Assembly (NCBI RefSeq): GCF_009914755.1
Contig: NC_060948.1
DNA length: 64,000 nt
Source: the human T2T-CHM13v2.0 reference genome, Homo sapiens
Reading direction: 5' to 3' (one strand)
In this document: positions 40,701-52,400 of the stretch, in pieces
Position numbering within the stretch: the first letter of the stretch is position 1
How the letters are laid out: each line of letters begins with the position of its first letter
Position numbers and translations under genes: made by a program
Notes under the pieces: generated by a model
The model's input: the letters and a program-made list of their open reading frames with translations, nothing else
What the model was told of the DNA's origin: nothing
Databases searched by the model: none

Positions 40701-43340
40701 CATTTAAAGGTGTTATGTCCAGAGTTTTTCCTTCAGATGTGTCCAGAGTTTCTTCCTTCTGGCAGGTTCATGGTCTTGCACACTTCAAGAATGAAGCTGC
40801 AGAACTTTACGGTGAGTGTTATAGCACTTAAAGGTGTTATGTCCAGCGTTTGTTCCTTCAGATGTGTTCAGAGTTTCTTCCTTCTGGCAGGTTCATGGTC
40901 TTGCTCACTTCAAGAATGAAGCTGCAGACCTTAGTGGTGAATGTTACAGCAATTAAAGGTGTTATGTCCAGAGTTTTTTCTTTCAGATGTCTCCGGAGTT
41001 TCTTCCATCTGGCAGGTTCATGGTCTTGCTCACTTCAAGAGTGAAGCTGCAGAATTTAGTGGTGAGTGTTACAGCACTTAAATGTGTTATGTCCAGAGTT
41101 TGTTCCTTCAGATGTGTCCAGATATTCTTCCTTCTTGCAGGGTCAAGGTCTTGCTCACTTCAAGAAAGAATGAAGATGCAGACCTTTACGGTGAGTGTTA
41201 CAGCATATAAAGTTGTTATGTACGGAGATTAGTCCTTCAGATTTGTCCACAGTTTCTTCCTTCGGGCAGGTTCATGGTATTGCTCACTTCAAGAATAAAG
41301 CTGCAGACATTGGTGTTGAGTGTTACAGCACTTAAAGGTGTTATGTCCAGCGTTTGTTCCATCAGATGTGCATAGATTTTCTTCCTTCTGGCAGGTTCAT
41401 GGACTTCTTCACTTCAAGAATGAAGCTGCAGTCCTTTACGGTGAGTGTTACAGCACTTAAAGGTGTTATATACAGAGTTTGTTCCATAAGATGTGTCTAG
41501 AGTTTCTTCCTTCTGGCATGTTCATGGTCTTGCTCACTTCAAGAAAGAATGAAGCTGCAGACCATTACGGTGAGTGTTATAGCATATAAAGTGTTATGTC
41601 CAAAGTTTGTTCCTTCAGATGTGTCCAGAGTTTCTTCCTTCTGGCAGGTTCATGGTCTTGCTCACTTCAAGAATGAAGCTGCACACCTTAGCGGTGAGTG
41701 TTACAGTACTTAAAGGTGTTTTGTCCAGAGTTTTTTCCTTCAGATGTGTCCAGAGTTTCTTTCAACTTGCATTTTCATGGTCTTGCTCACTTCAATAGTG
41801 AAGCTGCAAAATTTAGTGGTGATTGTTACAGCACTTAAAGGTGTTATGTCCAGAGTTTGTTCCTTCAGATGTGTCCAGATATTCTTTCTTCTGGCATGTT
41901 CATGGTCTTGCTCACTTCAAGAAAGAATGAAGCTGTAGACCTTTACGGTGAGTGTTACAGCATATAAAGGTGTTATGTCCAGAGTTTTGTCCCTCAGATG
42001 TGTCCAGAATTTCTTCTTTCGGGCAGGTTCATGGTCTTGCTCACTTCAAGAATGAAGCTGCAGACCTTGGTGGTGATTGTTACAGCAGTTAAAGGTGTTT
42101 GTCCTGAGTTTGTTCCATCGGATGTGTATAGAGTTTCTTCCTTCTGGCAGGTTGATGGTCTTGCTCACTTCAAGAATGAAGCTGCAGACCTTTACGTTGA
42201 GTGTCACAGCACTTAAAGGTGTTATGTCCAGAGTTTGTTCATTCAGATGTGTCCAGAATTTCTTCCTTCTGGCAGGTTCATGGTCTTGCTCACTTCAAGA
42301 ATGAAGATGCAGACATTTAGGGTGAGTGTTACGACACTTAAAAGTTTTATGTCCAGAGTTTGTTCCTTCAGATGTGGCCAGAGTTTCTTCCTTCTGGCAG
42401 GTTCCCGGTCTTGCTCACTTCAAGAATGAAGCTGCAGACCTAGGTGGTGAGCGTTACAGCACTTAAAGGTGTTATGTCCAGAGTTTGTACCGTCAGATAC
42501 GTCTAGAGTTTCTTCCCTCTGGCAGGTTCATGGTCTTGCTCACTTCAAGAATGAAGCTGCAGACCTTAGTGGTGATTGTTACAGTACTTAAAGTTGTTAT
42601 GTCCAGAGTTTGTTCGTTCAGATGTGTCCAGAGTTTCTTCCATCTGGCAGGTTCATGGTCTTGCGCACTTCAAGAATGAAGCTGCAGACCTTTGAGGTGA
42701 GTGTTGCAACAATTAAAGGTGTTATGTCCAGGGTTTGTTCCTTCAGAGGTGTCCAGAGTTTCTTCCTTCTGGCAGGTTCATGGTCTTGCTCACTTCAAGA
42801 ATGAAACTGTAGACCTTTACGGTGAGTGTTACAGCACTGAAAGATGTTATGTCCAGAGTTTGTTCCTTCAGATGTTTCCAGAGTTTCTTCCATCTGGCAG
42901 GTTCATGGTCTTGCTCACTTCAAGAATGAAGCTGCAGACCTTAGTGGTGAGGGTTACAGCACTTAAAGTTGTTTTATCCAGAGTTTTTTCCGTCAGATGT
43001 GTCCAGAGTTTCTTCCTTCTGGCAGGTTCATGGTCTTGCTCACTTCAAGAATGAAGCTGCAGACCTTAGTGGTGGGTGTTACAGCACTTAAAGGTATTAT
43101 GCCCAGAGGTTGTTACTTCAGATGTGTCCAGAGTTTCTTCCTTCTGGCAGGTTCATGGTCTTGCTCACTTCAAGAATGAAGCTGCAGACATTTACGGTGA
43201 GTGTTACAGCACTTAAATTTGTTATATCCAGAATTTGTTCCTTCAGATGTGTCCAGAATTTCTTCCTTTTGGCAGGTTCATGGTCTTGCTTACTTCAAGA
43301 ATGAAGCTGCAGACCTTTAGGGTGAGTGTTACAGCACTTA
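37780..43340. repeat. Near-perfect tandem duplication of a 22-monomer block (2759 bp)
   Basis: ORF pairs 37951/40710, 38228/40987, 38848/41607, 39476/42235, 39942/42701 and 40351/43110 are all +2759 with identical translations. I saw only a few substitutions between the copies. Confidence 0.92.
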
Positions 43341-46300
43341 AAAGTTTTATGTCCAGAGTTTGTTCCTTCAGATGTGTCTAGAGTTTCTTCCTTCAGGCAG
43401 GTTCATGGTCTTGCTCACTTCAAGAATGAAGCTGCAGACCTAGGTGGTGAGCGTTACAGCACTTAAAGGTGTTATGTCCAGAGTTTGTTCCTTCAGATGT
43501 GTTCTGAGTTTCTTCCTTCTGGCAGGTTCATGGTCTTGCTCACTTCAAGAATGAAGCTGCAGACCTTAGTGGTGAATGTTACAGCAGTTAAAGGTGTTAT
43601 GTCCAGAGTTTTTCTTTCAGATGTGTCCGGAGTTTCTTCCATCTGGCAGGTTCATGGTCTTGCTCACTTCAAGAGTGAAGCTGCAGAATTTAGTGGTGAG
43701 TGTTACAGCACTTAAATGTGTTATGTCCAGAGTTTGTTCCTTCAGATTTGTCCAGATATTCTTCCTTCTTGCAGGGACATGGTCTTGCTCACTTCAAGAA
43801 AGAATGAAGGTGCAGACCTTTACGGTGAGTGTTACAGCATATAAAGTTGTTATGTACGGAGTTTAGTCCTTCAGATGTGTCCAGAGTTTCTTCCTTCGGG
43901 CAGGTTCATGGTATTGCTCACTTCAAGGATAAAGCTGCAGACCTTGGTGGTGAGTGTTAGAGCACTTAAAGGTGTTATGTCCAGAGTTTGTTCCATCAGA
44001 TGTGTATAGAGTTTCTTCCTTCTGGCAGGTTCATGGACTTGTTCACTCCAAGAATGAAGCTGCAGACCTTTACGGTGAGTGTTACAGCACTTAAAGTTGT
44101 TATATTCAGAGTTTGTTCCTTCAGATGTGTCCAGAGTTTCCTTCTTCTCTCAGGTTCATGGCCTTGTTCAATTCAAGATTGAATCTCCAGACCTTTACGG
44201 TGAGTTTTACAGCACTTAAAAGTGTTATGTTCAGAGTTTGTTCCTTCAGTTTTGTCCAGAGTTTCTTTCTTCTGGCAGGTTCATGGTCTTGCTCACTTCA
44301 AGAATGAAGCTGCACACCTTGGTGGTGAGTGTTCCAGCACTTAAAAGTGTTATGTCCAGAGTTTGTTCCATCAGATGTGTATAGACTTTCTTCCTTCTGG
44401 CAGGTTCATGGTCTTGCTTACTTCAAGAATGAAGCTGCAGACATTTACGGTGAGTGTTACAGCAATTAAAGTTGTTATATCCAGAGTTTGTTCCGTAAGA
44501 TGTGTCTAGAGTTTCTTCCTTCTGGCATGTTCATGGTATTGCTCACTTCAAGTAAGAATGAAGCTGCAGACCTTTACGGTGATTGTTACAGCATATAAAG
44601 TGTTATGTCCAAAGTTTGTTCCTTCAGATGTGTCCAGAGTTTCTTCCTTCTGGCAGGTTCATGTTCTTGCTCACTTTAAGAATGAGGCTGCAGACCTAGG
44701 TGGTGAGTGTTACAGCACTTAAAGGTGTGATGTCCAGAGTTTGTTCCTTCAGATGTGTCCAGAGTTCCTTTCTTCGGGCAGGTTCATGGTCTTGCTCACT
44801 TCAAGAATGAAGCTCCAGTCCTTTACGGTGAGTGTTACAGCACTAAAAAGTGTTATGTCCAGAGTTTGTTCCTTCAGATGTGTCCAGAGTTTCTTCCTTC
44901 TGGCAGGTTCATGGTCTTGCTCACTTCAAAAATGAAACTGCAGACCATTATGGTGAGTGTTACAGCACTTAAAGGTGTTATGTCCAGGGTTTGTTCCTGC
45001 AGATGTGTCCAGTTTCTTCCTCCTGGCAAGTTCATGCTCTTGCTCACTTCAAGAATGAAACTTTAGACCTTTAAGGTGAGTGTTACAGCACTGAAAGATG
45101 TTATGTCCAGAGTTTTTTCCTTCAGATATTTCCAGAGTTTCTTCCATCTCGCAGGTTCATGGTCTTGGTCACTTCAAGAATGAAGCTGCAGACCTTAGTG
45201 GTGAGGGTTACAGCACTTAAAGGTGTTATGTCCAGAGTTTTTTCCTACAGATGTGTCCAGAGTTTCTTCCTTCTGGCAGGTTCATGGTCTTGCTCACTTC
45301 AAGAATGAAGCTGCAGACCTTAGTGTTGAGTGTTACAGCACTTAAAGGTATTAAGCCCAGAGTTTGTTACTTCTGATGTGTCCAGAATTTCTTCCTTCTG
45401 GCAGGTTCATGGTCTTGCTCACTTCAAGAATGAAGCTGCAGACATTTACGGTGAGTATTACAGCACTTATATTTGTTATATCCAGAGTTTGTTCCTTCAG
45501 ATGTGTCCAGAATTTCTTCCTTCTGGCGTGTTCATGGTCTTGCTCACTTCAAGAATGAAGCTGCAGACCTTTAGGGTGAGTGTTACAGCACTTGAAAATT
45601 TTATGTCCAGAGTTTGTTCCTTTAGATGTGTCCAGAGTTTCTTCCTTCAGGCATGTTCATGGTCTTGCTCACTTCAAGAATGAAGCTGCAGACCTAGGTG
45701 GTGAGGGTTACAGCACTTAAAGGTGTTATGTCCAGAGTTTTTCCTTCAGATGTGTCCAGAGTTTCTTCCTTCTGGCAGGTTCATGGTCTTGCACACTTCA
45801 AGAATGAAGCTGCAGAACTTTACGGTGAGTGTCATAGCACTTAAAGGTGTTATGTCCAGAGTTTGTTCCTTCAGATGTGTTCAGAGTTTCTTCCTTCTGG
45901 CAGGTTCATGGTCTTGCTCACTTCAAGAATGAAGCTGCAGACCTTAGTGGTGAATGTTACAGCAATTAAAGGTGTTATGTCCAGAGTTTTTTCTTTCAGA
46001 TGTGTCCGGAGTTTCTTCCACCTGGCAGGTTCATGGTCTTGCTCACTTCAAGAGTGAAGCTGCAAAATTTAGTGGTGATTGATTCAGCCCTTAAATGTGT
46101 TATGTCCAGAGTTTGTTCCTTCAGATGTGTCCAGAGATTCTTCCTTCTGGCAGGTTCATGGTCTTGCTCACTTCAACAATGAAACTGTAGACCTTTACGG
46201 TGAGTGTTACAGCACTGAAAGATGTTATGTCCAGAGTTTGTTCCTTAGGATATTTCCAGAGTTTCTTCCATCTGGAGGTTCATGGTCTTGCTCACTTCAA

Positions 46301-46429
46301 GAATGAAGCTGCAGACCTTTAGGGTGAGTGTTATAGCATATAAAGTGTTATGTCCAAAGTTTTTTCCTTCAGATGTGTCCAGAGTTTCTTCCTTCTGGCA
46401 GGTTCATGGTCTTGCTCACTTTAAGAATG

Positions 46430-49420
46430 AGGCTGCAGACCTAGGTGGTGAGTGTTACAGCACTTAAAGGTGTGATGTCCAGAGTTTGTTCCTTCAGATG
46501 TGTCCAGAGTTCCTTTCTTCTGGCAGGTTCATGGTCTTGCTCACTTTAAGAATGAAGCTCCAGTCCTTTACGGTGAGTGTTACAGCACTTAAAGGTGTTA
46601 TGTCCAGAGTTTGTTCCTTCAGATGTGTCCAGAGTTTCTTCCTTCTGGCAGGTTCATGGTCTTGCTCACTTCAAGAATGAAACTGTAGACCTTTACGGTG
46701 AGTGTCACAGCACTGAAAGATGTTATGTCCAGAGTTTGTTCCTTCAGATATTTCCAGAGTTTCTTCCATCTGGCAGGTTCACGGTCTTGCTCACTTCAAG
46801 AATGAAGTTGCAGACCTTAGTGGTGAGTGTTACAGCACTTAAAAGTGTTATGTCCAGAGTTTTTTCCTTCAGATGTGTCCAGAGTTTCTTCCTTCTGGCA
46901 TGTTCATGGTCTTGCTCACTTCAAGAATGAAGCTGCAGACCTTAGTGGTGAGTGTTACAGCACTTAAAGGTGTTATGTCCAGAGTTTGCTCCTTCAGATG
47001 TGTCCAGAGTTTCTTCCTTCTGGCAGGTTCATGGTCTTGCTATCTTCAATAATGAAGCTGCAGACATTTACGTTGAGTGTTACAGCACTTAAATTTGCTA
47101 TATCCAGAGTTTGTTCCTTCAGATGTGTCCAGAGTTTCTTCCTTCTGGCATGTTCATGGTCTTGCTCACTTCAAGAAAGAATGAAGCTGCAGAACATTAC
47201 GGTGAGTGTTACAACATATAAAGTGTTATGTCCAGAGTTTGTTCCTTCAGATATGTCCAGAGTTTCTTCCTTCTGGCAGGTTTATGGTCTTGCTCACTTC
47301 AAGAATGAAGCTTCAGACCTAGGTGGTGAGTGTTATAGCACTTAAAGGTGTTATGTCCAGAGTTTGTTCCTTCAGATGTGTCCAGAGTTTCTTTGTTCTG
47401 GCAGGTTCATGGTCTTGCTCACTTCAATAATGAAGCTCCAGTCCTTTACGGTGAGTGATACAGCACTTAATGGTGTTATGTCCAGAGTTTTTTCATTCAG
47501 ATATTTCCAGAATTTCTTCCTTCTGGCAGGTTCATTGTCTTGCTCACTTCAAGAATGAAGCTGCAGACGTTCAGGGTGAGTGTTACAGCACTTAAAAGTG
47601 TTATGTCCAGGGTTTGTTCCTTCACATGTGGCTAGAGTTTCTTCCTTCTGGAAGGTTCATGGTCTTCCTCACTACAAGAATGAAGCTGCAGACCTTTACG
47701 GTGAGTGTCACAGCAATTTAAGGTGTTATGTCCAGAGTTTGTTCATTCAGATGTGTCCAGAATTTCTTCCTTCTGGCAGGTTCATGGTCTTGCTCACTTC
47801 AAGAATGAAGCTGCAGACCTTTAGGGTGAGTGTTACACCACTTAAAAGTGTTATGTCCAGAGATTGTTCCTTCAGATGTGGCCAGAGTTTCTTCCTTCTG
47901 GCAGGTTCATGGTCTTGCTCACTTCAAGAATGAAGCTGCCGACCTTTGCGGTGAGTGTTACAGCATTTAAACGTGTTATGTCCAGAGTTTGTTCCCTTAG
48001 ATGTGTCCAGAGTTTCTTCCTTCGGGCAGGTTCATGGTCTTCCTAACTTCAAGAATGAAGCTGCAGACCTAGGTGGTGAGTGTTACAGCACTTAAAGGTG
48101 TGATGTCCAGAGTTTGTTCCTTCAGATGTGTCCAGAGTTCCTTTCTTCTGGCAGGTTCATGGTCTTGCTCACTTCAAGAATGAAGCTCCAGTCCTTTACG
48201 GTGAGTGTTACAGCACTTAAAGGTGTTATGTCCAGAGTTTGTTCCTTCAGATGTGTCCAGAGTTTCTTCCTTCTGGCAGGTTCATGGTCTTGCTCACTTC
48301 AAGAATGAAACTGTAGACCTTTACGGTGAGTGTTACAGCACTGAAAGATGTTATGTCCAGAGTTTGTGCCTTCAGATATTTCCAGAGTTTCTTCCATCTG
48401 GAAGGTTCACGGTCTTGCCCACTTCAAGAATGAAGTTGCAGACCTTAGTGGTGAGTGTTACAGCACTTAAAGGTGTTATGTCCAGAGTTTTTTCCTTCAG
48501 ATGTGTCCAGAGTTTCTTCCTTCTGGCAGGTTCATGGTCTTGCTCACTTCAAGAATGAAGCTGCAGACCTTAGTGGTGAGTGTTACAGCACTTAAAGGTG
48601 TTATGTGCAGAGTTTGCTCCTTCAGATGTGTCCAGACTTCCTTCCTTCTGGCAGGTTCATGGTCTTGCTCACTTCAATAATGAAGCTGCAGACATTTACG
48701 TTGAGTGTTACAGCACTTAAAGTTGCTATATCCAGAGTTTGTTCCTTCAGATGTGTCCAGAGTTTCTTCCTTCTGGCATGTTCATGGTCTTGCTCACTTC
48801 AAGAAAGAATGAAGCTGCAGAACATTACGGTGAGTGTTATAGCATATAAAGTGTTATGTCCAAAGTTTGTTCCTTCAGATATGTCCAGAGTTTCTTCCTT
48901 CTGGCAGGTTCATGGTCTTGCGCACTTCAAGAATGAAGCTGCAGACCTAGGTGGTGAGTGTTATAGCACTTAAAGGTGTTATGTCCATAGTTTGTTCCTT
49001 CAGATGTGTCCAGAGTTTCTTTCTTCTGGCAGGTTCATGGTTTTGCTCACTTCAATAATGAAGCTCCAGTCCTTTACGGTGAGTGATACAGCACTTAAAG
49101 GTGTTCTGTCCAGAGTTTGTTCATTCAGATGTTTCCAGAATTTCTTCCTTCTGGCAGGTTCATTGTCTTGCTCACTTCAAGAATGAAGCTGCAGACCTTT
49201 AGGGTGAGTGTTACAGCACTTAAAAGTGTTACGTCCAGGGTTTGTTCCTTCACATGTGGCCAGAGTTTCTTCCTTTTGGAAGGTTCATGGTCTTCCTCAC
49301 TTCAAGAATTAAGCTGCAGACCTTTACGCTGAGTGTCACAGCAATTTAAGGTGTTATGTCCAGAGTTTGTTCATTCAGATGTGTCCAGAATTTCTTCCTT
49401 CTGGCAGGTTCATGGTCTTG
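46430..49420. repeat. Tandem duplication with a 13-monomer (1628 bp) period
   Basis: ORF pairs 46486/48114, 46577/48205 and 47364/48992 are at +1628. Shared variants include GTGAGTGATACAG and CTTCACATGTGGC. Boundaries are approximate. Confidence 0.8.
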
Positions 49421-52400
49421 CTCACTTCAAGAATGAAGCTGCAGACCTTGGTGTTGAGTGTTACAGCAGTTAAAGGTGTTTGTCCTGAGTTTGTTCCATC
49501 AGATGTGTCCAAAGTTTCTTCCTTCTGGCAGGTTGATGGTCTTGCTTACTTCAAGAATGAAGCTGCAGACCTTTACGGTGAGTGTCACAGCACTTAAAGG
49601 TGTTATGTCCAGGGTTTGTTCCTTCAGATGTGGCCAGAGTTTCTTCCTTCTGGAAGGTTCATGGTCTTCCTCACTTCAAGAATGAAGCTGCAGACCTTTA
49701 CGTTGAGTGTTACAGCATTTAAACGTGTTATGTCCAGAGTTTGTTCCTTTAGATGTGTCCAGAGTTTCTTCCTTCAGGCAGGTTCATGGTCTTGCTCATT
49801 TCAAGAATGAAGCTGCAGACCTAGGTGGTGAGTGTTACAGCACTTAAAGGTGTTATGTCCAGAGTTTGTACCGTCAGATATGTCTAGAGTTTCTTCCTTC
49901 TGGCAGGTTTATGGTCTTGCTCACTTCCAGAATGAAGCTGCAGACCTTAGTGGTGAGTGTTATAGTACTTAAAGTTGTTAAGTCCAGAGTTTTATCGTTC
50001 AGATATGTCCAGAGTTTCTTCCATCTGGCAGGTTCATGGTCTTGCTCACTTCAAGAATGATGTTGCAGAGCTTTACGGTGCGTGTTACAGCACTTAAAGG
50101 TGTTATATCCAGAGTTTGTTCCTTCAGATGTGTCCAGAGTTTCTTTCTTCTTGCAGGTTCATGGTCTTGCACACTTCAAGAATGAATGAAGCTGCAGACC
50201 TTTACGTTGAGTGTTACAGCTTATAAAGGTGTTATGTCCAGGGTTTGGTCCTTCAGATGTGTCCAAAGTTTCTTCCTTCGGGCAGGTTCATGGTCTTGCT
50301 CACTTCAAGAATGAAGCTGCAGACCTTAGTGGTGAGGGTTACAGCACTTAAAGGTGTTATGTAAGGAGTTTTTTCCTTCAGATGTGTCCAGAGTTTCTTC
50401 CTTCTGGCAGGTTCATGGACTTGCTCACTTCAAGAATGAATCTGCAGACCTAGGTGTTGAGTGTTACAGCACTTAAAGGTGTTATGTCGAGAGTTTGTAC
50501 CGTCAGATATGTCTACAGTTTCTTCATTCTGGCAGGTTCATGGTCTTGCTCTCTTCAAGAATGAAGCTGCAGACCTTAGTGGTGAGTGTTACAGTACTTA
50601 AAGTTGTTATATCCAGAGTTTGTTCGTTCAGATGTGTCCAGAGTTTCTTCCAACTGGCAGGTTCATGGTCTTGCTCACTTCAAGAATGATGTTGCAGAGC
50701 TTTACGGTGAGTGTTACAGCACTTAAAGGTGTTATATCCACAGTTTGTTCCTTCAGATGTGTCCAGAGTTTCTTCCTTCTGGCAGGTTCATGGTCTTGCT
50801 CAATTCAAGAATGAAGCTGCAGACCTTAGTGGTGAGTGTTACAGCACTTAAAGGTGTTATGTCCAGAGTTTGTTCATTCAGATGTGTCCAGAGTTTCTTC
50901 CTTCTGGCAGGTTCATGGTCTTGCTCACTTCAAGAATGAAGCTGCAGACCTTAGTGGTGAGTGTTACAGCACTTAAAGGTGTCATGTCCAGAGTTTGTTC
51001 CTTCAGATGTGTCCAGAGTTTCTTCCTTCTGGCAGGTTCATGGTCTTGCTCAATTCAAGAATGAAGCTGCAGACCTTAGTGGTGAGTGTTACAGCACTTA
51101 AAGGTGTTATGTCCAGAGTTTGTTCCTTCAGATGTGTCCAGAGTTTCTTCCATCTGGCAGGTTCATGGTCTTGCTCACTTCAAGAGTGAAGCTGCAAAAT
51201 TTAGTGGTGATTGTTACAGCACTTACAGGTGTTATGTCCAGAGTTTGTTCCTTCAGATGTGTCCAGATATTCTTCCTTCTGGCATGTTCATGGTCTTTCT
51301 CACTTCAAGAAAGAATGAAGCTGCAGACCTTTACGATAAGTGTTACAGCATATAAAGCTGTTATGTCCAGAGTTTGGTCCTTCAGATGTGTCCAGAATTT
51401 CTTCTTCCGGGAAGGTTCATGGTCTTGCTCACTTCAGGAATGAAGCTGCAGACCTTGGTTTTGAGTGTTACAGCAGTTAAGGGTGTTTGTCCTGAGTTTG
51501 TTCCATCAGATGTGTCCAAAGTTTCTTCCTTCTGGCAGGTTGATGGTCTTGCTTACTTCAAGAATGAAGCTGCAGACCTATACGGTGAGTGTCACAGCAC
51601 TTGAAGGTGTTATGTCCAGAGTTTGTTCATTCAGATGTGTCCGGAATTTCTTCTTTCAGGCAGGTTCATGGTCATGCTCACTTCAACAATGAAGCTGCAG
51701 ACCTTGGTGGTGAGTGTTACAGCAGTTTAAGGTGTTATGTTCGGAGTTTGTTCCATCAGATGTGTATAGAGTTTTTTCCTTCTGGCAGGTTCATGGTCTT
51801 GCTCACTTCAAGAATGAAGCTGCAGACCTTTACGGTGAGTGTCACAGCACTTTAAGGTGTTATGTCCAGAGTTTGTTCATTCAGATGTGTCTAGAATTTC
51901 TTCCTTCTGGCAGGTTCATGGTCTTGCTCACTTCAAGAATGAAGCTGCAGACCTTTAGGGTGAGTGTTACACCACTTAAAAGTGTTATGTCCAGAGTTTG
52001 TTCCTTCAGATGTGGCCAGAGTTTCTTCCTTCTGGTAGGTTCATGGTCTTGCTCACTTCAAAAATGAAGCTGCAGACCTTTACGGTGAGTGTTACAGCAT
52101 TTCTACGTGTTATGTACAGAGTTTGTTCCCTTAGATGTGTCCAGAGTTTCTTCCTTCGGGCAGGTTCATGGTCTTCCTCACTTCAAGAATGAAGCTGCAG
52201 ACCTAGGTGGTGAGTGTTACAGCACTTAAAGGTGTTATGTCCAGAGTTTGTACCGTCAGATATGTCTAGAGTTTCTTCCTTCTGGCAGGTTTATGGTCTT
52301 GCTAACTTCAGGAATTAAGCTGCAGACCTTAGTGGTGAGTGTTACAGTACTTAAAGTTGTTAAGTCAAGAGTTTGTTCGTTCAGATGTGTCCATAGTTTC

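Larger units (their letters stand above)
18200..46100. repeat. Higher-order repeat domain with a base period of ~5012-5014 bp (~40 monomers)
   Basis: ORF pairs 18918/23930 (+5012); 34837/39851, 34928/39942, 35224/40238 (+5014); 40710/45723, 40850/45863 (+5013). Other offsets decompose as 5513=5014+499, 7773=5014+2759 and 6144=5014+1130. Boundaries are approximate. Confidence 0.8.
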
